DNA of 62,689 bases, counting the filler, from Vannella sp. (taxonomy: Eukaryota), in the NCBI GenBank assembly GCA_023345925.1. It is 4 parts of 4 records of this genome, joined end to end, with 100 filler letters (N's around TTAATTAATTAA, not from the genome) between each part and the next. Parts side by side here need not be neighbours in the genome. Positions count along the whole stretch, not along the records: positions 1 to 16,062 come from JAJQQN010001067.1; positions 16,163 to 37,961 come from JAJQQN010001284.1; 2 more parts are not named here. One strand, written 5' to 3'. Numbering within the stretch: the stretch's first letter is position 1; every line of letters starts with the position of its first letter. Shown piece by piece: positions 10,555 to 20,203 of this stretch. Under the pieces are notes generated by a model. The model was not told the DNA's origin. It saw nothing but the letters and a program-made list of their open reading frames with translations, and searched no databases. The position numbers and the translations under genes are program-made.

Positions 10555-12233
10555 TTAGATCCCACAGACTTGCGTACTTGTAATGGCTACTCCAAAAACG
10601 TTGCAAAGAATAGCACTTATGGCGCTGGTGGCCCCCAGAAAGCCAGCCACCAGACTTCCACAAATGATGGCAATGTCGAGGGCAATGACAAAGTAGTTAC
10701 TTTTGAGTGTGGGCCAAAAGATAACCAAATGGAAGAGACAAGGAAACACGAACGTGGTGGCCGTGTTCGTGACGGAGGAAACCAAATTCAGGAAATCTCC
10801 AAAGTCCGGAATCTGAAGTGGATGAGAAGGCTGAACTATCTCTTTCTCCTAGGGGTGTAACGTACTACTTCTGCGATAATGACTGTGAGAATAACGAGCC
10901 CAGTGCGGAGTGTGACACTGGCAAGCTTTCGTTTGGGTTGTTCCATATCGTCCACGTGAAGAGCTCTCTCAAGCTGAGCGGATAGTGAGCTTGCTGTTCC
11001 CAAACCACTCCTTGGTACTCACAGCCCGTTCTGTAGTGTTGATAATGACAGGGAAAGACATCATCACGTGAGCTGTGATGGCCAATACAGCCAGCCACTT
11101 GCCCAATTGTTGACTGTACGTGCACATAGCACCATCCGAACAAAGATTATCATAGATTGGTGACAGGGTGTTGCTTCCGAAGGCGTAGTATCCCACAACG
11201 CTCATGGGAATGTAAAAACACAATACTACTCCAAAAGTGATACTCAGCATGACATTGAACTGCTTGGGCTTGGCCATAGACTCATATACAGTAGGGAGGA
11301 TGGCATGTGCAGCAAAGGAGAAGGCAAAAGAGACGAATGCACTGGCCATGTTGAGCCCGTGGGAGCCGGTATTGAAGAATTCGTGGGTGCCACGGTCCGC
11401 AGGGATGTTGTTGATCACTTCAATGACTACCACGAAGAAGAGGAAAGCTGCTGCTAGAACATTGAACGCACTAGAGGCACCGATTAGCCTTCCTTTTGCT
11501 CCAACCGTTCATCAAAACGGGTTTACCTGACGAATCCGACCTCGTGGAGGGTTGTCAACCACACATGGAACCAAACGAGGATAGCAATGATAAGAATGCA
11601 CCACTCTGGTGAGAGGGAGACGAGAGAAACGACGTAATTCTCGCTTTGACCGGCATTATACCAAGGAACTGAGCTCAGGAGGTACGATAAGTTGCTACCT
11701 GCGAGCTAGAGTCAGTACAATGCCACCAAGGAGGTTTACTTACCAGCCAGGATCAAGTAGATCGTAGAAACGCCGAGGAGGGTGGCATGGAGGAAGATCT
11801 CCACAGCGGCTCGTCCGGGAGTCCCCAGGGCTTCGTATCCGATCTCAGAGTAAGTGTAGAGCTTGTTACCTGAAGGAGGACTCATGCACTGGACGAGAAT
11901 GATCGCTGTGTAAGCACAGATGGCGCCAATCGCAAAGAGGACCATAACACCGGACCATCCACTCTGCGAGAGTCCATAAGGCAATTGTAAGAGTCCTGTA
12001 CCCACTACAGCACAGATGACGTTGTAAGAGGTGAAGAAAGTGCCCGTTTGGCCCACTTTCCGGACCTCCTCGACATGACCGAGACCCAAAGCGTCGGAAT
12101 AGCTGGGAATGGTGTTGTAGTCATCATCGTATCGCACGAACGCCGACTTCTCCATACTCGCAGACGACTCTGTGCTGTAAATACGGCCGTCTACTTCGTC
12201 CCCTTGAATGGACCCTCTCGAGAGGGCCTGCAT
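10555..12233 (-). CDS. Amino acid transporter, AAAP/AVT1 (Aa_trans) family, multi-exon
   Basis: YNVICAVVGTGLLQLPYGLSQSGW, TYSEIGYEALG, FAFSFAAHAILPTVYESMAKPKQF, YAFG motifs; several short introns; ATG at 12233 assumed. Confidence 0.9.
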
Positions 12234-12330
12234 CTTCCTCCTTCCTCCTTCCGAATGGCCCACGTTTGCTCCCTTCTTCTCAAAAGGCTTGAAATAGCAG
12301 TTGAAAGGGGTTGGAAGTCATTGTTTGGGG

Positions 12331-14983
12331 ATGTTGAGGAGGAAAGCGCGTCCTTCTGAGGCGCATCGTGCTGCCGTCTTATCAAGGAGATTGGAGACTG
12401 TGGAAGCCTTCTTGGCTCAGTATCCGGAGATGGTCAATGAGTTTGTGTGTTGGCTGGCTCTGAGGAGGGAGGAGGGGAGAAGAACTGACCTTTGGGGATC
12501 CATCCAGGTTGTGAGTGTCCGCTCCTTCCTCTTGTATTCAAGAGAACAGAACGAAGCTAAAGAGATAGCCTTTGGACTCACCTTTTGGGTGCTTTAGCTC
12601 GTAAGTGCTGATCCATCAGCCTCTCTCTCAGGAGGAAGTGAGAAGAGGAGGAACGAGAAGGAGAATAACTCACCATAATGAGGGTGCTTTAGTCAGTAAG
12701 TGACTGATTCGCTTAGCCCCTCTCTTTCTCTTCGGATGAGGAAGGAGGAAGTGAGAAGATGCGGAAGGAGAAGACTTCTCAACTCACCACAATGGCGATG
12801 TCTTTTAGAATGTAAGTGACTGATCAGCTCCTTCTTCCATTCTCTTCATGGGTCTTTCTCTCTTTCTGGATGAGGAAGGAGAAGGAAGAAAGGGAGAAGG
12901 ATGATCTCATCTATTGGGGCGCTATTTAGACCGCAAGTGACTGATTTATCAGCCCCTGCTACCTCCCCTCACGTTCTGGGAATACTTTTAGGATGTAAGT
13001 GACTGATTTACTTCATCAACCTCCCTCGGTTATGATTTCTCTCTGCCTTTCTTTTGAAGTCTCTTTTCTTCGTGGATTGATTCTCTTGGGACGTCTCAGG
13101 AAGTAAGTGACCGATCCAGCCTTTTTTTTGAGAAAAGAGGGTCTCACCAAAGGGTACGCAATCAGCATGTGAGTTACCTCATTCACCTACTTGAAGATGA
13201 GCGGCAATTATTATTCTGACTTTGTTACTGATCCTCATATTTCAGAGCTTTCTGGGATTGGCTGTGCAAGAGGGATTAATTGAGATTGCGGACTTTTTGT
13301 TGTCATTGCCAAATATTGATGTCCAGAAAGGAGTGAGTTTTTATCCTTATTTATTCGGTTTCTCACCAATTGAAGGCTGTGAGTAGCTCAAGCTGTCCTT
13401 TAATTCTAATGGCACAAAGAAGAAGTTAACAAGGGATTGGACAGTTTGTACGATCCAGTCATTCGTCAAACTCTCAGATAGCTGTGCTGACATTGAGATT
13501 TTACTTAGCGTGTATGTTTGGAGATCAATTTCCTCGAAAGAGAGTGTCCTAGAAAGCTTGACTGACAAGTTATTGCAGTCTGCAGGTGTGAGTAATGAGA
13601 GTTTCAGCCCTCCAATCTCTACCAGACGCTGATAGGATCCCCAAGGATGTGAGTGAATTACTTGTCAAAAGTCGATTAGAAACATTGGGTGCTCACTCTT
13701 TATCAGATCGTGAGTGTCTCTTCTGTTGCGATGAGCTGTTTTAACGTTAATCGTGCTGATTTAGCGTGTAAGCTACCACCGCAACATCTCTTGCGACAAG
13801 GCACTAATCATACCGTCAAGTGGGTACGATGAAGTACAAGCCCCTATGGTAGGGCCTAACTTGATCTCAGAGTGCATTAGATTTAGCAGCCTATTTCGGT
13901 CATTCAGCATTAATCGAGATGCTCATCCCAGAAGGCAAATGTATCCAGGTATGGCTGTCACATTCTAAAAACACAGCGTTACTTATTCATCCACAGAACC
14001 AAGTTCAGCTGGACGCATTTTTGGCATCCAAGAAAGAACGTCAGTCTTTGGAACAGGATGTGGCAGGTAAGATCGAAGAGGCATTAGAAGTACCTTCACG
14101 TGTAGCACGTGGAATGGCCTCTGCATCTCAAGCGACGACAAGAGAAGAAATCAGGCGCTGGCTCCAAAATGGGCAATTACCATGCTCCTTCTCCCAAACA
14201 AGCGTCTGGGCACCAGTTCTCGAGAAATTAGACCGCTTTGAATGTAAGCAGACCCAAAAAAAGTCTGCCGTCCGAGAGGAGCAGCGCAAGAAGCTGGAGG
14301 CTATTCAAAGTGCTGAGGATGCCCGGAAACAGATTCAGACCCTCCAGAAGCAAGTTACAACCTTCCAGAAAGCAAAAAAGCTCCACAAGGACAGGGAACG
14401 TGAACTCCAAATCGAGCTAACGAGATGGGAAGGTGTGGATGCAACTCTCTTGAGAGCTTTTGCAGAATCAGCGGCACAAATCGAGAAGGAGTTGGTCCTG
14501 GAACTTGAAACTCAGCTTCAGAGAGACCGGCATGCGTTGTCGGCTCTCAGAGGAGGAAAAGGTGCAAAGCTCAGCTTGCTGCTCAATTGCTTTGGTGCCG
14601 ATATGGAGACCATTCAGGCCCTTGGGAAGTTTACTAGCTTGGACTTGGCAATGCTCCATGTGGAGGATGTCAAATCGCTTGTTGTGAAGTTGCCAAAAGA
14701 TCAACAAATCGCTGCGCTCTATACCCAAGAGAGGCTCATTCATGGCATTCTCCCTTTTGGAGACCATGATTGCTCTTTGTGTGATTGTGAGAGTGCGGAG
14801 GAGATAACTGCCTTTCTGAAAGAGCATGGACTTAAAACCGTCACATTGGAGCTCATCCGCCAGACCGGAGCCTCTGGCCGGGGATCTCTATTGTTTTTAA
14901 GCGCTCAAGATCTTCAGTTGGACCCAAGAGGAGCTTTTCAGGCCGCTTTGAATCGTGCCAGGGCCGAACATCGAAAGCACTAA
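12331..14983 (+). CDS. Ankyrin-repeat / coiled-coil / tandem SAM-like protein encoded by 4 normal exons plus 16 micro-exons (439 aa if all are included)
   Basis: Exons 12331-12444 (..EAHRAAVLSRRLETVEAFLAQYPEMVNEF), 8 micro-exons, 13246-13332 (SFLGLAVQEGLIEIADFLLSLPNIDVQKG), 8 micro-exons, 13871-13948 (SALDLAAYFGHSALIEMLIPEGKCIQ), 13997-14983. All junctions are phase 0 with splice-consensus signals and the spliced frame has no stop. Confidence 0.85.
12508..13168 (+). other. Micro-exon array 1: eight 3-nt exons (V,L,S,N,T,D,E,H)
   Basis: GTT 12508-10, CTC 12598-600, TCA 12693-95, AAT 12809-11, ACC 12930-32 (GC donor), GAT 12992-94, GAA 13100-02, CAT 13166-68; each lies between a branch-point-like motif plus YAG and GTRAGT (or GCAAGT). 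Confidence 0.85.
13376..13823 (+). other. Micro-exon array 2: seven 3-nt exons and one 9-nt exon (A,F,R,SAG,D,I,R,W)
   Basis: GCT 13376-78, TTT 13445-47, CGT 13509-11, TCTGCAGGT 13579-87, GAT 13646-48, ATC 13707-09, CGT 13765-67, TGG 13821-23; donors GTGAGT/GTACGA/GTATGT/GTAAGC; introns 43-67 nt with branch-point-like motifs. Confidence 0.8.
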
Positions 14984-15106
14984 TCTAATGGCACTCCAGT
15001 GACACTACTGCACCCGTTACCAGTCTATCTAGATACAAATCCTTTACCTCCTGATGACCTCCTCGCTATAGGGAGATGCATACAAGTAGAGTAGCTTTAG
15101 ACGAGT

Positions 15107-16062
15107 TTAATGCTTCTTTTGGAAGGAGAAGGTGGCACTGTTCCCGCGGAAGAAGCGACTATCGTAGCGAGAGAATTGGAGCTGGGAGAGGGAGGGAAGG
15201 AATGTTTTGGTGTACTGGTCGAGTTCGTAAGGAGGAGTGGGGGTGGTAACAAGCCGTTGGAAGTGAGCGGCAAAATGGCGAAGAGAAGGAGGCGGACGTG
15301 CCGCTGGATTGCCCCATGTGAACCAATTATGACCACAACAGCCATCAAAGAACTCTCCTATTAGTACATATTCACTAACACAGCTAAATTGGCGGAAGAA
15401 CACGGTCCAATCCTCATCCATCGGCATCCAACTACAAAGTACAATATCTGGCTGAATCTTACTCAAAGATGCCGAAAAAGTGGCTGAAAACACTTCAAAT
15501 GGAGTCCCAAAGCTCATGGCACTTCTTCCTGAGTCTGTGGCGACGAATTCAACCTTCAAATGAGTCAAATCGTCCTGTTGAGTGAGATACTTGAGAGGAC
15601 TTTGATACTTTAGGAAGTGCGTTAGAGCACCAGATCCCGCTCCTACTTCTAGAATAGTAATAGTCTCTTTTCCCTTCTCTTTGGCGAGCTTAATGGACCG
15701 ATTGAGGAGGTATTCACCAAGAGCTTCCACGTATTCTTGAGTCAGGAACTCGTAGACTTGGTGCTCTTCACAGAAGAGATTGAATTCGTTTCTTCCCATG
15801 ATAGAGGCTCCTGCTAGCTCCAAGACCTCTTCAAAGCTCAAGGAGGCGGTGGAGGACGTTTGGTCTTTGGGAAGAGAAGAGAGTTTCTCCTTCACTAGGA
15901 CTGATGGCTGACAGGATGGATTGTTCTTAGCTTCTGGAGATCTGTATACCCAATCCTGAATGGAGAAGAGAGCCTTCAGCTCGGCCATGGAGATCAAACG
16001 GGTAGGGTCGCGCAGTTTTTCCTTCGCTGCTTCGTAGGTGGGTGTTTGGTACTTCTTTTCTA
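15107..16062 (-). CDS. Class I SAM-dependent methyltransferase-like protein, 5' end lost at the assembly gap
   Basis: ITILEVGAGSGALTHFL motif I, FVATDSG, PDIVLCSWMP; frame runs toward the gap. Confidence 0.7.
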
Positions 16063-16162
16063 NNNNNNNNNNNNNNNNNNNNNNNNNNNNNNNNNNNNNN
16101 NNNNNNTTAATTAATTAANNNNNNNNNNNNNNNNNNNNNNNNNNNNNNNNNNNNNNNNNNNN
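16063..16162. other. Assembly spacer (N44-TTAATTAATTAA-N44)
   Basis: 100-nt gap with a six-frame stop linker; identical to the other two gaps. Confidence 0.97.
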
Positions 16163-16526
16163 CTAGAATGACTGCTACATACACCTAGAACATTCATTGA
16201 AGCCCTACCGAAGCGCATATCCCGATCGCCCCGGAGAGAGTGAGCGTCAACGGTCCCCAAAAACCCCCCGATACGAAAAAAAAAACCCCCCTTCAACAGC
16301 TAAACCACGTCCGCTGGCGCCACGGTTGAAAAGTGCCTCTCAATTCGATCGGGACCTTTAGCCAATGAACTTTTTATGTGTTTTGGTCAGGTTCACACAT
16401 TAGATTCAAGGATTCGGATACGACGAAGAGTATCCTAAAGGTGATGATCGCTCTTCAGAAGAAGAAGAAGAGGAAAAGGAAGCGTTATGATTCATCGTCT
16501 GGTACTTTTAGTTTGTCCAACTACAG

Positions 16527-19500
16527 TTATTCTTTGGGATTATCAGAATGCGGGATGGTCAGACTATAAAGAAGGTCGAAGGCTTCAGGAAACGTTCCAC
16601 TCTTCTTGTCAATGCGAATATAGTGAGAATGTGCGTCCTCCGCCGTCACAACATTTCCTGGAGGAAAGGAAAGAGATACAGAGGGAGAATTGGAAGATCT
16701 CTCTTGTGTAAGTGCCTCAGCCCTCATTACAACTTCCTTTGGGAGTCCTGCCAATTTGGCAACGTGAACACCATAGCTCTTGTCAGCAACTCCAGGAATC
16801 ACTTTTCTAACAAACGCTATCGCACCGCTTTGAGTCTCCATAATCTGCATTTGGAAGCACTTGAGCAGAGGTAAGGAGCCTTGGAGTTCCGCCAATTCAT
16901 GGTAATGAGTCGCAAAGATGGTTCGGCACCGAGTAACGTTATGAAGATGCTCTAAGACGGCCCAAGCAATGGCCAGTCCCTCTTGCGTCGATGTCCCACG
17001 GCCTAGTTCATCTACAATAACCAAAGAACGAGGTGTGGCCATCCGGAGGATGTTAGCAGCCTCCTGCATTTCCATCATAAAGGTCGATTGGTCGTTCTTC
17101 AGGTCATCCGCAGCCCCCACCCTACTGAATATACGATCAAAGATACCAATCCGAGCCGAATGAGCAGGAACAAAGCAGCCACTTTGCGCCAGAATAGCAT
17201 GAATTGCGATTTGACGAAGATAAGTGCTTTTCCCTCCCATGTTAGGCCCTGTAAGCAAGAACACACGATTCTTCTCATCCTCCATGACCAAGTCATTTGG
17301 TGTAAATTCTCCTCCTTGTTGTCGAGCTTGCTGGACGGCTTCAACCACTGGATGGCGTCCTCCAATGATATCCACACTGTTGGACGAGTCTATGATTGGT
17401 CTGCAGTATGACTGGAGTTTCGCCTGGAGTCCCAACGCAGCACTCACATCAACTACGGCGAGGTTAGCGGCGGCTGTGCGAATGAATGAGGCGCATTCGA
17501 GAACTGCCGAAGTCAATTCAGAATAGATTCGTTCCTCGTGCTCGCGAATCTCATACTCTGCTCTTTGAATACGCTGGTCCAGTAAAGATAACTCTTCGGT
17601 CTTGTAGCGCATTGCACTTGGCATCGTTTGGCAGTGCATGAAGATGTGGTTGAATCCAACTGTTGGACTGAGTAACACTTCAATATCCAAAGGATCTTGT
17701 CCCTCTGGTAAAGTGAGAGGTCCTTGTGCTTGAACTTTAGCGTTAAACTCCTGCACTTGCTTGTGGTGGGAGTCCGGAAGCTCAATATGAAGTCCCCTGG
17801 TGAGGTTGCTCTTGATCTTGAGAGCCCCACTCCCCAAGAATGAGCGATATTTACTCTGTAGTCGAGCAGTTATCTCTTTGCTCTCACTCTGGAGACGATT
17901 GACCTGATCCAGTTGGTTGGAATATCCCTTTTTGACAAACCCGCCGCTGGACAGCATGACTGGAGGGGTTTCTGACAAGGCGCTCGTCAGTAAACTCTGT
18001 AAAGGAGCCAGTTTCTCGTAAATTGTCCGCAACTCAGTGGCTTGGGCATCCATCACAGCATTCGGTTGGGCATAAAGTCCCTGCTGGAGATGCTGGACGA
18101 TGTCAGGTATCACTTGAATCGTCCCCAGGATAGCAGATAGATCACGAGGCCCTCCTTTCCGAAGAGAGAGCCTCTGTAGAGACCGTTCCATGTCAAAACA
18201 CTCTTTCAATAGACTTCGAATTGATTCTGTGACGAACTCGTTCTTGACGAAGAACTCGACTGCATCCAATCTTCGAGAGAGGTTAGTTCGTCACTCTCTC
18301 GTTATCAAGGCACTCACCGGTCGCTTATCATCTGCGTATTGACTAAAGGGGCAACGAGACGCGCTGAAAGGAGCCGAGCTCCTGGACCAGTGACTGTGTT
18401 ATCGATTGTAGATCTAACATATGAGGTAGGTCAGCAAAAGGGGCCTCCTCTAAGAGTGCAGACGAGGACTTACAAAAGTGTCTTGGAGGAATCGAGTGAA
18501 GTACTTTGGATTAACTCGAGGCACTGGAAGGTTGCAGCATCTATGTGCATGACATCGTTGATAACGTGTCTTTGTGGCGCAGAAACGGTGGGTAGAGCTC
18601 CCTTCTGGGTTTGTTGGACGTAGTAAAGGAGAGCGCCAGTGGCACAGAGTTCTTCTTGTCCCACTTGGTTGAGCTGACGAACTGCTCCTTCATCGAAGGT
18701 GCTGGTAAACACTTTCTCTGCTTCTTCTCTAGAAAACTGTTGCTCTACACGCGGTGTCACGCGGTAGGGAGAGAGGAACTCGGCAATCTCCTGCTCCCTC
18801 GTCTTCTCCCTCCCTGCACTGGCGAGTCGCTTGATCTCCTCTTGCAAGAAAGTATCAGAGGACGCAGAAGCTAAACAGTCGGCTAGAAGAGTGAACGAAT
18901 GAAGCAGTAACGCTGCCTTGGTTCGATAAGGAACGAGAATCTCTGCCGGTTGGATGCGGTGTAGCTCAGTACGGAGCTCCTGAGCGGATGGAATGGACGA
19001 ATAGTGGAAGCTACCTGTGCTCAGGTCCATCCATGTCAAGCCAATCGAACCGCTGGGGTTGAAAGAGTCAAAGTAAATGGAAGCGAGGAAGTTGTGAGAT
19101 CGAGGACGCAGGAGATGGTCCTCTGTAAGCGTTCCAGGAGACACAAGGCGAGTGATCTCCCTTTTGACAACTCCGCCAGAGCCTCCGATCACCTTGGAGA
19201 GAGGAGAAGGACTTTTCTCGCGTCTTCGAGAGCGAACCGAGCCGCTCGGCTTGTTGTTCTCGTTGATCTGCTCACAGACAGCGACCATCTGCCCCTTCTG
19301 TATGAGCTTGCCGATGTAGCTCTCTGCCGTGTGGACAGGGATGCCACACATCGGGATGTAGTGGCTCCCTTTGTGTCGCGATGTTAAGGTAAGATCCAGC
19401 AGCTTGGCCGCCAGTAGAGCATCCTCGTAGAAGATCTCAAAGAAGTCTCCCATCTGGAAGAGAAGGATGTACCCTGGGACGGACTCCTTGGCCCGAAAGT

Positions 19501-19672
19501 ACTGCCTCATCCCCGGAGTCAGTCCCACCAGAGGAGTTGAAGCCTCTCCTTCACTCTCAGAGTGACCAAGTACATCCCCTACTCCCTGCACATCTCTAAC
19601 AGCCCGTTGAACCACACGCGGAGCCCTCCAGGCCGCCCTTCGGATCGCCAACACCCTCCTACAAGCCAGCAT
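16527..19672 (-). CDS. MSH1: Bacterial-type MutS / MSH1-like mismatch-repair ATPase, probably mitochondrial
   Basis: TPGMRQY..LLFQMGDFFEIFYEDA (domain I), GPNMGGKSTY, STFMMEM, DELGRGTS, FATHYHEL, SYGVHVAKLAG; introns about 18271-18317 and 18415-18473; Arg-rich presequence MLACRRVLAIRRAAWRAPR. Confidence 0.9.
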
Positions 19673-19757
19673 CAGCAGGACAGGGTTGAATTGGCCAATA
19701 GAAGGTCAGTAGGGTGCTCAGGAAGTCTTTGAGAGGGGCCTGAGTCATTGGGTGGCA

Positions 19758-20149
19758 ATGTTCTTCTGCCCCACATGCGCCAACTTGCTGTTGGTGGCCC
19801 AAGATGCAGAGAGAGGCTACCACTTTGCCTGTCCTACGTGCACCTATCGAGGAACTCTTACACGAAGGATCGAGAGGACCTCGGAGCTGTCGCTCAAGCG
19901 AGTGGACGAGATCCGTGGTGGAAAGGCGGAGTGGGAGGCTGTTCCCAAGACCCAAGGTACTGTTCTGGCCCTCTTCTACTTTGGTAGCTCTCTAGTAGGT
20001 ACTAACTACATGCTGGGCTAGCTGTATGCGAGGTATGTGGCCACACGGAGGCGTATTTCAAGACCCGACAGATGCGTTCGATGGACGAACCCGAAACCAT
20101 CACCTTCCGCTGCTGCGAGTGCGCCAACATCTGGATCCTCGATCGATAA
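19758..20149 (+). CDS. RPC11: RNA polymerase III subunit C11 (TFIIS-like)
   Basis: MFFCPTCANLL..FACPTC, intron 19957-20021, then CEVCGH.EAYF..QMRSMDEPETITFRCCEC. Confidence 0.88.
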
Positions 20150-20203
20150 ACACCTTCCGCCTTCCTCTAGCAAGGACCCCCTTACAAACAGCGAGATCTC
20201 GCC

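Noticed and set aside
12632..12637. Possible additional 6-nt micro-exon (CTCAG|GAGGAA|GTGAGA)
   Set aside because: Would need a 31-nt upstream intron, shorter than any other called here, and the donor is weak; left uncalled.
12590..13115. Recurring TTTAG-NNN-GTAAGTGACTGAT read as a CRISPR-like or transposon-end repeat array
   Set aside because: Eukaryotic context, no cas or transposase genes and irregular spacing; the conserved parts are exactly the splice acceptor, donor and branch signals, so the micro-exon model explains them.
13347..13568. 73-aa minus-strand ORF, and the 12301-12597 ORF running past 12444
   Set aside because: These overlap micro-exon introns, have no recognisable product and are best explained as chance ORFs or read-through into intron 1.
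16107..16118. Palindromic TTAATTAATTAA flanked by N runs (also at the gaps 37962-38061 and 42394-42493)
   Set aside because: Identical 100-nt spacer with stops in all six frames: an artificial contig-joining linker. Gene adjacency across these gaps is not trustworthy.
16163..16400. GC-rich non-coding stretch after the gap as a possible ncRNA
   Set aside because: No tRNA, snRNA, SRP or RNase P/MRP signature recognised; may be the promoter or 5' end of a gene broken by the gap. An Rfam search would settle it.
20070..20097. RPC11 hairpin reads RSMDEP rather than the usual RSADEP
   Set aside because: The catalytic DE pair is intact; a single substitution is not enough to claim altered function.
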